Assembly: GCA_964632315.1 (NCBI GenBank)
Contig: CAZWEM010000005.1
Coordinates: 67,672-131,671 of the forward strand
Origin: an uncultured archaeon
Lineage (GTDB): Archaea > Asgardarchaeota > Lokiarchaeia > Sigyniarchaeales > SOKP01
Reading direction: 5' to 3'
DNA: 64,000 nt
A program made the position numbers and the translations under genes. A model generated the notes under the pieces. That model was not told the origin of the DNA. It saw only the letters and a program-made list of their open reading frames with translations, and ran no database searches. Each line of letters opens with the position of its first letter. The stretch's first letter is position 1. This document shows, in pieces, positions 20,210 through 29,690 of this stretch.

Positions 20210-20656
20210 GTGGAAAGTATATCAAACCAATTAAAACAGATGGCTGAGGAGAAAGATCTTTTTAGGAGTAGTAATCTTTTTAGATGTATTCTTGGTTTAA
20301 ATGAGTTAGAATCACATGTCTTCTCCTATTTATTAAAGAATGATTATGTCACCACTTTAGAACTTGCTAATGTTTTTGATAAAGATAGAAGCTCAATTCA
20401 GAGAGCTCTACAAAACCTAAGCGAGATGAAGGTTATACTAAGGGATTCAATGTCATTAAAGGATTATAATGACATTAAAGGAACAGAGGACAATGGAAGC
20501 AGGGGATATGTGTATGTTTATTCTGCAAGGGATTTGGAATATATTAAACTTCAATTTCAAGAGTTACTCGATAAGTGGTACGATTCCATGAAAAATTATA
20601 TTAAATCATTAGATTCCCTTTTTGACTGCTATGAAGAAGAAGGAAGGATCTGCTAA
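20210..20656 (+). CDS. TrmB-like winged-helix transcriptional regulator
   Basis: CILGLNELESHVFSYLL...TTLELANVFDKDRSSIQRALQNL...RGYVYVY. Confidence 0.85.
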   Translation: MESISNQLKQMAEEKDLFRSSNLFRCILGLNELESHVFSYLLKNDYVTTLELANVFDKDRSSIQRALQNLSEMKVILRDSMSLKDYNDIKGTEDNGSRGYVYVYSARDLEYIKLQFQELLDKWYDSMKNYIKSLDSLFDCYEEEGRIC

Positions 20657-20695
20657 TCGATCATCCTTTTATAAGTTCGGAACCTAATTTATTTT

Positions 20696-22006
20696 ATGAC
20701 TAATAAGAACCTACCAAAAATATCTCTTTTACTTTTTATTGTAATCATTGCTCTTATTTCATCAATTTCTAATATGATTCCACCAAATTTAAGGACAATT
20801 TCTATATATTTTGGTTTTGGTGGAGATACTTTTCCATTAGGGTTTTTAACCGCAATTTTCACGATTATATCTGGTTTTGCCATGCTAATTTTTGGTTATC
20901 TAGCAGATAAGTTTGTGAGAAAATGGATCATAATTATCGGATCATCGTTATTCGCAATATTTTCCACACTAACTATTATTATTATGCCAGGATTTGGCGG
21001 ATACTTAACATTTTTCATATTTGCGGTGATGATGGGAGTAGGATATGGAGCTTTGATTCCAAGTTCATTTTCTTTAATAGCAGACATAGTATCAGAGAAA
21101 GATCGCTCAAAAGGATTTTCATTTTTCTCAATTGCTTCATTATTTGGAATTGTTTTAGGAAATGGGTTAGCAGCCTTTACATCAGACTGGAGAACCTCGT
21201 TTTGGATCATAGGTATAGCTGGATTAATAACTACTTTCTTCTTAACATCTGTTAAAGAACCTTCAAGAATAGGCTTTGATCGATCTAACTTAAGTAACAC
21301 AGAAAATCAAATAACATATCCATATCGGATAAAACCTTCAGATCTACCTGCTATATTCAAAAAGAAGAGTAATTTTTGGCTAATCATCAATTTTATTGAT
21401 ACAATACCCACGGGGATCATTTTATTTTTATTATATGAATACATGCTAAGTTATCACGGGATTGTTTCGGAAACCACGATATTTTTGTTGTTATTCATTT
21501 TATTAGCCACTCTTGTCGGAACCATCGTATTTGGGTATTTAGGAGACAAATGGTTTAGCAAAGGAAATCAAAAAGCACGAGTTAAGTTAGCCTTATATGG
21601 AAATATTCTTCCAATCCCATTCGTTTTCATAGCATTAATAATTCCCTTTCGAGCACCCAACATTTTTCCAGGAATTGTTATATGGGTTGTTTTAATGATG
21701 ATTGGCATATTTCTGAATGGCGCGGTTAATGGAAACTGGTACGCTACGGTTGTGGACGTTAATTTGCCCGAACATAGAGGTACGGTATTGGCTACCTCCA
21801 ACTTCTTCGACATTATCGGCAGATCAATTGGACCCGTAGTTGGGGCTGTAATTGCGGATACGTTGGGATTTGTATATGGAATGATGATTTCTATCTTCTT
21901 CTGGGCTTTGATCCCCTTCTTTTGGATAGGTGTACTTAAAAATATAGTTCCAGAAATGGAACAAACCACAAGAATTTTTGATGAAAGGTTACAAAAAATC
22001 TCTTAA
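20696..22006 (+). CDS. MFS transporter
   Basis: About 12 TM helices; motif A GYLADKFVRK and GYLGDK; DVNLPEHRG. Confidence 0.92.
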   Translation: MTNKNLPKISLLLFIVIIALISSISNMIPPNLRTISIYFGFGGDTFPLGFLTAIFTIISGFAMLIFGYLADKFVRKWIIIIGSSLFAIFSTLTIIIMPGFGGYLTFFIFAVMMGVGYGALIPSSFSLIADIVSEKDRSKGFSFFSIASLFGIVLGNGLAAFTSDWRTSFWIIGIAGLITTFFLTSVKEPSRIGFDRSNLSNTENQITYPYRIKPSDLPAIFKKKSNFWLIINFIDTIPTGIILFLLYEYMLSYHGIVSETTIFLLLFILLATLVGTIVFGYLGDKWFSKGNQKARVKLALYGNILPIPFVFIALIIPFRAPNIFPGIVIWVVLMMIGIFLNGAVNGNWYATVVDVNLPEHRGTVLATSNFFDIIGRSIGPVVGAVIADTLGFVYGMMISIFFWALIPFFWIGVLKNIVPEMEQTTRIFDERLQKIS

Positions 22007-22078
22007 GCTTGGAAATGCAAAAAGATTTAATATTAGCATTTTCAATTATTTAAGTACCATTAATTAGGTGAAAAATTA

Positions 22079-22237
22079 ATGATCATGAAAATGGACCTTA
22101 TAAAATCGAAAAAACCAGAATCTACTATGGAAGACTTAGCATTATGGCTCCAATCTCACCCAAACGTGCAACTAAAAATAGTTTCTCAATATATAGCTGG
22201 GGGTTCTATTTGGACGTCATTGTTTTATGAGGAATAA
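22079..22237 (+). CDS. Small 52-aa protein (Cse60-like pattern)
   Basis: Not in the ORF track. MIMKMDLIKSKKPESTMEDLALWLQSHPNVQLKIVSQYIAGGSIWTSLFYEE with AGGTGA upstream. Confidence 0.65.
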   Translation: MIMKMDLIKSKKPESTMEDLALWLQSHPNVQLKIVSQYIAGGSIWTSLFYEE

Positions 22238-22392
22238 CAATTCTTTTATTTATCATTGATTCTTAGATTAATAGGAAGAGAACTATGTGTAAAAGAGATT
22301 CATTTACTCTCTCGAAATGATTAATTCCATAAACTTAATTAGTATTTCGTTATTTTAGGATATATTTTAGCAATTACATTTATATATCAACC

Positions 22393-23616
22393 ATGTCTCA
22401 AAAAAGGGTTTACAACCTTCTACAACGTAAATCTTTTTTATTTTTATTGATTGGAAATCTTTTTTATAGTTTAGGTAATGCCATCTTTACCCTTTGCCTT
22501 AATTGGTGGGTTTTAGTCACAACAAAATCAGAATTTCAATTAGGTATCGTTGGAACGATTAATTTTGTAGCAATGATGGCTTTTGGTATTATATCAGGCA
22601 TTCTTGTGGATACTTTTCATCGTAAAAAAATCATTTTTATATCAATTATGTTTAGAGGATTGTTCATTATGATTTTTCCATTATTAGGAATGAGTGGAAT
22701 ACTTCAATTATGGATGGTATATCTAATTGCTTTTGCTCAATATACGACCTTTCCCTTTTTGGTGAATGGAGTTACTGCTATTATGCCCCAATTTATTGAA
22801 GAAGAATACATGATGCCTGCGAATGCATTAATAGATACATCTTTCTGGTTCTCAAATACCATTGGATTCCTTTCAAGTGGTATCTTAATCAATTTTTTTG
22901 GCATATATCCATTAATTTTCGTTAGTAGCTTTATGTTCTTTATTAGCCCTTTCTTTTTTCTAAAGATCCCTTACTCATTTGAGAAAAGCATTATTCCCAC
23001 ATCAATACCTAACTTTTTCATTGATATCAAGGACGGTTTTCGCTCAATGTTTAATGATAAAGTCTTGCTTATTGTAATAACCACTTGGACAGGATTAATC
23101 ACGCTTTTTTCAATGGGACCAACTAATATTGGATGGCCCGTGTTTTCCGAAGAAATTTTACATGCTGGTGAAATAGGATATGGTTTGCTAGTCGCTGTTT
23201 CATCCCTTAGTGCAATGATTGGAAGTATAATTATGAGTATTTGGGGTCAGAAGTTTAAAATGGGTAAAATATACCTAATGGGATTAATCCTTGGAGGATC
23301 TGGAATGATTTTATTTAGTTTCACTTCCATATTATCACTTTCACTTTTAGTGCTATTCATCACGTATTTTTTTTATCCAATGCTAAATGTTCCATATTGG
23401 ACAGCTCTCCAAAATAGAGTGCCAGAAAAAGAATTAGGAAAGGTTTCAGGAGCATCATTTACAATTAATATGGGATTGAGCCCTATATCAACTTTCTTCA
23501 CTGGACTTTTAATGCAAAATGTATCTATAATATTACCATTTGTCCTAAGTGGTTTTTCATTTTACATTAGTTTCCTAATTGCTTTCTCTAATAAAGATTT
23601 AAGAAATTTGTATTAA
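22393..23616 (+). CDS. MFS transporter (DHA3/macrolide-efflux-like)
   Basis: About 12 TM helices; GILVDTFHRKK; LQNRVPEKELGKV. Confidence 0.9.
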   Translation: MSQKRVYNLLQRKSFLFLLIGNLFYSLGNAIFTLCLNWWVLVTTKSEFQLGIVGTINFVAMMAFGIISGILVDTFHRKKIIFISIMFRGLFIMIFPLLGMSGILQLWMVYLIAFAQYTTFPFLVNGVTAIMPQFIEEEYMMPANALIDTSFWFSNTIGFLSSGILINFFGIYPLIFVSSFMFFISPFFFLKIPYSFEKSIIPTSIPNFFIDIKDGFRSMFNDKVLLIVITTWTGLITLFSMGPTNIGWPVFSEEILHAGEIGYGLLVAVSSLSAMIGSIIMSIWGQKFKMGKIYLMGLILGGSGMILFSFTSILSLSLLVLFITYFFYPMLNVPYWTALQNRVPEKELGKVSGASFTINMGLSPISTFFTGLLMQNVSIILPFVLSGFSFYISFLIAFSNKDLRNLY

Positions 23617-23660
23617 TTTTTCTTAAGAAATTTTGAAACATTAAGAAAGAACAAAATTTG

Positions 23661-24878
23661 TTATCTAAGTAGAGCGAGCGAAATTAATTCTATTAAATCT
23701 ACCATTTTGATTTGAGAGTTTGAAGATTCGATGCCATCATCGAGGTTTCTAAAACAAAATGGACACATACTAACCAAGTATTCTGCACCGGTTTCTTCTG
23801 CCTCCTTAACTCTAGTTTTAGCAATTTCTAATGCCAACTCAGGAAATCCTTTTTTTACTCCGCCTCCAGCCCCACAGCATTTGGCATTTTCCTTTATAGT
23901 TTTCATCTCCACAAAATTCGATATTTGAGAAAGTAGTCGTCGGGGTTGTTCATAAAGTGGAGGGGATCCCCCATTCCTCCCAGTATGACAAGGATCATGG
24001 TAAGTGGTTTTAATTCCTAAATTTTTAAGCTCTATTCCTTTTTCCTTTAGATATTTATCTAAAAATTCAATTGTATGCAATACTTCGATGTTTAAATCCT
24101 CCAAATAGTCTTTATAATCAACTTTTAATGTCCTATAACAACCTGCACAGCTAGTAATGATCTTTTGAATACCACTCCTCTTAAATAACCCGTAGTTTTT
24201 CGTAGCAACTGTATCAAATGCTTTCAGATTGCCAGTTCGTTTACTCACGCTTCCACAACAGATTTCTTGCTTTCCAAATAAGGAAAAATCAATGTTTAAT
24301 TGATGTAGTACATTTGCAGTCTGAATGGCAACTGACTTTATTTCAGGAGTTAATGCCGCTGTACAACCTACGAAATACAAAATATCTGCTTTCTCTTCAG
24401 CAGCATCTTTTACATGAAAATCCAGCTCTTCAATCCAATTTTGTTTTTGTGCATTGTCTCTTTGGTATGGATTTAACAAATCAATGACAGCTTGATTCAT
24501 TGGAATATGAGTCTCAAGACCATAACCAGCATCTATCAATTCTGCTCTTAAAGCTTCGTAAATGAGAGCATTATCAATATCATAGGCACAAACTTCAGAG
24601 CAAGAATTGCACGTGGGACATTGGAATATTACATCTGCCATTTCCTTTGAAAATGTTAATTTATTTTGAATTACTGAACGAATAATTTGCATCTTACCTC
24701 TTCCAAAATAAGGTTCAAAACCAGGAGTATGATCTTTGACAACACAGACTCCCCATCTTTGAGGATCAGAAGAATAATCGGTTGCATCACGACAATCACC
24801 ACAGTTAATGCATTGTAATAAACTTGGACCAATCTTTTTAAGATGCCTATATCTTTCCTGCATATCAGGACTTTGCAT
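23661..24878 (-). CDS. Fe-S oxidoreductase, GlcF/HdrD-like (4Fe-4S motifs + two CCG domains)
   Basis: CINCGDC, CPTCNSCSEVC, YFVGC, EICCGS, TSCAGC, YHDPCH, CCGAGGG, CPFC. Confidence 0.92.
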   Translation of the reverse strand: MQSPDMQERYRHLKKIGPSLLQCINCGDCRDATDYSSDPQRWGVCVVKDHTPGFEPYFGRGKMQIIRSVIQNKLTFSKEMADVIFQCPTCNSCSEVCAYDIDNALIYEALRAELIDAGYGLETHIPMNQAVIDLLNPYQRDNAQKQNWIEELDFHVKDAAEEKADILYFVGCTAALTPEIKSVAIQTANVLHQLNIDFSLFGKQEICCGSVSKRTGNLKAFDTVATKNYGLFKRSGIQKIITSCAGCYRTLKVDYKDYLEDLNIEVLHTIEFLDKYLKEKGIELKNLGIKTTYHDPCHTGRNGGSPPLYEQPRRLLSQISNFVEMKTIKENAKCCGAGGGVKKGFPELALEIAKTRVKEAEETGAEYLVSMCPFCFRNLDDGIESSNSQIKMVDLIELISLALLR

Positions 24879-26410
24879 TATTCTTCCTCCTCGTTTATTA
24901 TATGATCTGCCATATCATCATCAAATGAATACATGTGGAATTTTTTTGGGCTCAATAGAAAATTTGGATCAACAGATTTCTTTACATTCTTAAAGAATCT
25001 TATAAAATCAGGAGTGTAAGCATCCGCTTCAACAATCGATTGTGAAATAGCTTCTCCAAGCCAATAATGCACCCCACCATATTTTACTTGCATTCTCAAT
25101 TTTTTATGCCACATTTTCATTGATGCTTCACGCTGTTCGTCAACATTGTCAGCATTAAATCCACCTACAATCACACAATTTCCATTAGGAAGTAGGAATA
25201 TGACAGTTGCGAATAAGGAAATGCTTCCTTTTGGGAATCCATCTTTATTTATGATATCAAAATTGCTACTTATCTCCGCAACTTGTTGGATCTTATTAAT
25301 CGGCACCTTATGGCACGTCGTGCAAGAAATTTTAGGTGGAGCAATAGAGATGTACTTATTGAAATAATTATAGGCATATTTAAGATTGAATCTCCAATCT
25401 TTTGAAAGGGTTGCATCAAGGTCTATTTCTTGCCATTCAAAGACTCTTGCATCATCCTTCATTATGTCATCAACTCTTTCTACATATTTCTTTAAAATAT
25501 CTTTATCAACTGCTTCTAATAAAATTGAGAAGATTGGTCCTTTAAGTCGTATTCTTTTTTTAGGCTTGTTTTCCACCATTGAAGCTAATAATTGTGCTGT
25601 AATAAGAGGTACAACTAATACGTCGTGCAATCCATCACGAACTTCCTTTCTTAAGCGATACATCAATTCAGATACTTTATTATAATCATTTTTATGCAGG
25701 ACGAAATATTTCTGAGCTTTAAATGGTGTTTCAGGGAAGAGTTTCAGATAAGCTTTTGTTTTAATACCCATAGTCCCTACATCCCCCATAAAAAGTCCCG
25801 TAAAATCGGGAGCTACTCCATATCGACAAAATGGTTCTGCGTATTTGTTAGCAGCAGCACCAGTTCTAATAATTGTACCTTGAGGGTCTGGAAGTACTAC
25901 CTCTACACCTAAACAGATATCTGGAACTACTCCGTACTTCGTTGAACCAAAACCAGCGGTACTATTTGATAGCCCCCCTCCAATTGTAGCGGAGAAACCA
26001 CTACCTGGTCCTAATACTCCTGTGGTGAGTCCTTTTTCGTGTAAATTGGAAACAAGCGCACCCCACGTTATCCCACATTCCACTACACAATAGAAATCTT
26101 GATCGTTAATTTCTAAGATATGATTCATGCGGGTTAAGTCAATTAAAATTCCTCCTTCAGAAACTGATCCACCAACGAGATCTGCTCCACCACCACGTGG
26201 CACAATTGGAATTTTATATTTATTAGCAGTTTTTATTATTTGAGATACTTCCTCAGTGGTAGATGGTCTAACTATTAAGTCTGCCCATCTATCTGGAAAT
26301 GCGGGATCAACATTTCTTGAATATGCTGCCTTCATGAAATCCTTATCTGTAATATAATCTGGTCCGATTATAGCTTCGATTTCTTTATATAGTTGTTTAA
26401 TAGTAGACAT
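24878..26410 (-). CDS. FAD-binding oxidoreductase (GlcD/D-lactate dehydrogenase-like)
   Basis: IVPRGGG, ATIGG, KYG, GLEVVLP, GTMGIKT, KKSVDPNFLLSP; overlaps the Fe-S subunit start by 1 nt. Confidence 0.9.
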   Translation of the reverse strand: MSTIKQLYKEIEAIIGPDYITDKDFMKAAYSRNVDPAFPDRWADLIVRPSTTEEVSQIIKTANKYKIPIVPRGGGADLVGGSVSEGGILIDLTRMNHILEINDQDFYCVVECGITWGALVSNLHEKGLTTGVLGPGSGFSATIGGGLSNSTAGFGSTKYGVVPDICLGVEVVLPDPQGTIIRTGAAANKYAEPFCRYGVAPDFTGLFMGDVGTMGIKTKAYLKLFPETPFKAQKYFVLHKNDYNKVSELMYRLRKEVRDGLHDVLVVPLITAQLLASMVENKPKKRIRLKGPIFSILLEAVDKDILKKYVERVDDIMKDDARVFEWQEIDLDATLSKDWRFNLKYAYNYFNKYISIAPPKISCTTCHKVPINKIQQVAEISSNFDIINKDGFPKGSISLFATVIFLLPNGNCVIVGGFNADNVDEQREASMKMWHKKLRMQVKYGGVHYWLGEAISQSIVEADAYTPDFIRFFKNVKKSVDPNFLLSPKKFHMYSFDDDMADHIINEEEE

Positions 26411-26525
26411 TCTCTATTCACGTTTTATTTGATAGTAATATGTAAACCATGTGAATTAATAAAGCTTAATAAGAGGAAAAAAAGCATATTATATTATTAC
26501 AATCTCAAAATAAAGTCGTGATTTT

Positions 26526-27323
26526 ATGGGTTTTTTTAAAACACCAGAAGAATTATTAAAGTTAAAGCGAGAGTCTTTTGACTTTTACGATGCTGAATTT
26601 TTATCCACTTATTGGGAAACTAAACCAGAAATTGTCAAAAAACTTCTGCCTCCGCCACTTAAACCAGCAAGACATCCAGTAGCTTGTGCTTTTATTGCAA
26701 AATATCCTAAGACGAATTTTGGAATAAGGTATCATGAGGGAGCCTTATTCTTATTTGCAGAATATGGAGGAATTACGGGAATGTTTTGTCTTGCGATGCC
26801 AGTAGATAATGATATGGCCATGATTGGTGGTCGTGAAGTATTTGGTTATCCAAAAAAAATGTCTAATATTCAGTTTGAAAAAAAAGACAAGAGTTTTAAG
26901 GGTTCAGTGGAGCGCCTTGGAATTAAATATGTCGAGGTTCAAGCAGAACTGAACAATAAACCAAATGCGAAAGATTTTCTCAAGATAGGGATGGATTTAG
27001 GATTGAATCCTACTAAACCTGGGAGCATCACTTATAATTACAAGTACTTTCCATCTCCAAAATATGAGGGTTTCGATTATAATCCTCGCTTGATCAGGGA
27101 GGAGATAACAATGCAATCAAGTGAATTAGCATTGGGAGAAGTTAATATCAAGCTAAATCCTTCTGAAGATGACCCTTGGTATGAAATTGAAATCGAAAGG
27201 TTATTAGGCTGTCTCTATATAAAAACAAACAGTCAAATGCAACCAGGGGACGTTGTAGCAGAGATTGATTCTAAACAATTTGAACCCTATACGTATATGA
27301 AATTAGACAGATATGAAAAGTAG
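26526..27323 (+). CDS. Acetoacetate decarboxylase family protein
   Basis: LLPPPL, YHEG, GGREVFGYPKK (Schiff-base Lys motif). Confidence 0.88.
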   Translation: MGFFKTPEELLKLKRESFDFYDAEFLSTYWETKPEIVKKLLPPPLKPARHPVACAFIAKYPKTNFGIRYHEGALFLFAEYGGITGMFCLAMPVDNDMAMIGGREVFGYPKKMSNIQFEKKDKSFKGSVERLGIKYVEVQAELNNKPNAKDFLKIGMDLGLNPTKPGSITYNYKYFPSPKYEGFDYNPRLIREEITMQSSELALGEVNIKLNPSEDDPWYEIEIERLLGCLYIKTNSQMQPGDVVAEIDSKQFEPYTYMKLDRYEK

Positions 27324-27454
27324 AATGGACTTTAAACTAAAAGTAAATGGGGGGTTATTTTCACTTTTTTTTCAATCTTTTTTTTTATAAAAAAAATTAA
27401 TTGGAGGATAATCTTATTGTTTAAGAATAAAACTCAATTTCAATATGTCTTCAA

Positions 27455-27796
27455 TTATAACCATGAAGCAATGATCGGATTATCTACTAATAAATCAACC
27501 AATTGATCATAATCGATAAGAACTATTCTTTCAAAAACGTCATTGGGATCTAACCCTCGAGCAAGAAGATCTGGTTTTAGGGCAAAAAAGCTAACTGGTA
27601 ATTCAATAAGCTGTAGTAAAAAATCAGGTGTGTTTTCATTCTTAGATATACCAATAACCCCATCATGGAGAAGCACTAAATTTAACTCAGCACCTAAATC
27701 GAGTTCTTTTTTTATTAAGTTTAAGACTAAATTTGACTTAATAGGATTTCTCGTATTAAAACCATACAAATATAATATTTTCTTCATCATAATCAC
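27455..27796 (-). CDS. dsrH: DsrH/TusB-like sulfur relay subunit
   Basis: VLLHDGVI, ALKPDLLARGL, IDYDQLVDLL...SW. Confidence 0.85.
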   Translation of the reverse strand: MIMMKKILYLYGFNTRNPIKSNLVLNLIKKELDLGAELNLVLLHDGVIGISKNENTPDFLLQLIELPVSFFALKPDLLARGLDPNDVFERIVLIDYDQLVDLLVDNPIIASWL

Positions 27797-27800
27797 CTAA

Positions 27801-28169
27801 TTAATAGTTGTAAATAGTATCAGCTTCAAGGATAATTTCAGCTAATTCCTTGACATTGATCACATGAATATTGTCATAATCAAGTAAATCTGCTTTTGCT
27901 ATTGCTAGATTTTTCATTGCGTTATCTAAGGCATAGACCTCTATGTCAGCTAACTCTAACATCCTGAATATGTTGGAATTTTCATCCATATTTACTGCTT
28001 TTGGATTATAATTTTTACTCAATAAAAGAACAGAATCGCCAATTAGCACGATTTTCACACTATTAAGATCACCAACAGCACTTATTCCAGCTCCCATTCT
28101 TATTGATTCTAAAGCAGAATTCTTCCCGATCGGTGAATTTTCACAAATTATAATTATATTCTTCACCAA
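27801..28169 (-). CDS. dsrF: DsrF/TusC-like sulfur relay subunit (start probably 28169 or 28166, not 28190)
   Basis: SPIGKNSALESIRMG, VLIGDSV, ELAEIILEAD; lies between the dsrE-like and dsrH-like genes. Confidence 0.8.
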   Translation of the reverse strand: MVKNIIIICENSPIGKNSALESIRMGAGISAVGDLNSVKIVLIGDSVLLLSKNYNPKAVNMDENSNIFRMLELADIEVYALDNAMKNLAIAKADLLDYDNIHVINVKELAEIILEADTIYNY

Positions 28170-28173
28170 GATC

Positions 28174-28545
28174 TTACACCCCCGAACCAAATACTACTAC
28201 TCTATCGGATTGAGCCATGTAATAAGATAATCTTCCTAAACCTTCTTGATTCAATCCTTCAACAAATTCATCTTGTTTAATTCCGGTAATACTTATCCAC
28301 GTACTACAAGCAGTTAGGTTGATTTTATTTTTGTTTATAAATGTACTTAGCCTTTTAGGTAAATCTCGAGAATTCCTACTTAAATTTCTTCCACCCTTCC
28401 CTAAATAAACTCCACTACCATATAAGAAAATCCCAACTATTTCATGTCCTTTTCTCAAAATTGATTCTGCTAGATTAAGCATTGTATCTGCGGCTTCATG
28501 TTTATACGGTTCAGCAATCAAGACTAGTGCAAATTTTACCATCAC
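28174..28545 (-). CDS. dsrE: DsrE/TusD-like sulfurtransferase subunit
   Basis: EPY...IFLYGSGVY, Cys in LTACSTW at the DsrE active-site position, GLGRLS...SDRVVVFG. Confidence 0.87.
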   Translation of the reverse strand: MMVKFALVLIAEPYKHEAADTMLNLAESILRKGHEIVGIFLYGSGVYLGKGGRNLSRNSRDLPKRLSTFINKNKINLTACSTWISITGIKQDEFVEGLNQEGLGRLSYYMAQSDRVVVFGSGV

Positions 28546-28672
28546 TCATGCTCCATTTTGTATTTCGATTAATGTTAAGATTTAAGAATTTAAGATTTTA
28601 ATTCTTTTAGTTCAAAATAGATAATTTTTAAGGAAAATTATATATAATCTAATTGTCTTTATCGAACATAGA

Positions 28673-29686
28673 ATGGTTATCCTATTCGAATCTTATGGAA
28701 ATTTTAGCAGTGGGAGTCCTACATATAGAGCGCTAGTTTCAAAAAGATCGAGGGGGACCATAACATTAACAGAAAAAGAACTCTCTTTTCAGTCCGAAAT
28801 TGATAAAATATTCTATCAAATTAAAATTCGAGACGTTAAAAAATTCTACATTAACAAGCGATTTAATCTTAATGTTATTAAACTTATAGACAATTACGAT
28901 AATCAATATTCTTTCTATGCATCTATTAAAAAGAAAAGTTCATATTCTTCTTCTAAAACGTTTACATTAGAGCTTTTTTATCATCTGACGAGAGTCGTTT
29001 TGAAAAAAGATAAACCAATATTTTTTGAAGCGGGGGGCGGGTTTTGGCACAGTTCTCCAAATCTAATCAACTGGAAGACTGAGATGAAAAGGGGGATTTT
29101 CATTCTGACTGAAGATAGTTTATCATTTAATCCCTTTGATCAAGGAAACTTTAAAATCTTAAAAGTGATTGAAATCAATTCTGTCGAAGATATACATCAA
29201 AATTCAAGGGAATTTATCAAGATCACCATGCAAGACCAAAAATCATATTCTTTAACACTTCTCACTAAAAAACACTGTTTTACTAAAATTGATGATATAA
29301 AAGTTAAGAAGTTATCAGAATTACTAAATCAAGTGAAAGATTATAAAAGTACAGAGATAGTTAAACAAAAGAAACTTGAAAAAAAGCGAGTTGATCAAAT
29401 CAAAGAAATGTTAGATGTTTCTTCCAGAATAAGATTGGACTTAATGCGTGATGCATTGGATATGGACGAAAAAAACTTTAGCATTAAGATATTTGAATGG
29501 GCTCACCAATTTAATTGCATTGTTGATGGAGATTTTCTTGTTGTAAATCCAGAAAATGTTACTGATTTCTTAGATAATTTATATCTTACTGAGGGTTCTC
29601 AGGATAAAATTCAATGCAAATTTTGTCAGAAGTTAATAGATCCCGATTCAAAAGTCTGCCCCTATTGTGGAGTAGAAGTTCAATGA
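28673..29686 (+). CDS. Hypothetical protein: tandem PH/GRAM-like domains + winged-helix/PCI-like domain + zinc ribbon
   Basis: Internal repeat RGTITLTEKELSF / RGIFILTEDSLSF; IKEMLDVSSRIRLDLMRDAL...IVDGDFL; CKFC...CPYCG. Confidence 0.6.
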   Translation: MVILFESYGNFSSGSPTYRALVSKRSRGTITLTEKELSFQSEIDKIFYQIKIRDVKKFYINKRFNLNVIKLIDNYDNQYSFYASIKKKSSYSSSKTFTLELFYHLTRVVLKKDKPIFFEAGGGFWHSSPNLINWKTEMKRGIFILTEDSLSFNPFDQGNFKILKVIEINSVEDIHQNSREFIKITMQDQKSYSLTLLTKKHCFTKIDDIKVKKLSELLNQVKDYKSTEIVKQKKLEKKRVDQIKEMLDVSSRIRLDLMRDALDMDEKNFSIKIFEWAHQFNCIVDGDFLVVNPENVTDFLDNLYLTEGSQDKIQCKFCQKLIDPDSKVCPYCGVEVQ

Positions 29687-29690
29687 AAAT

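Noticed and set aside
28575-28600. Three tandem TTAAGA units upstream of dsrE, and a similar short direct repeat near 44311-44343
   Set aside because: Such AT-only repeats are expected by chance at this base composition.
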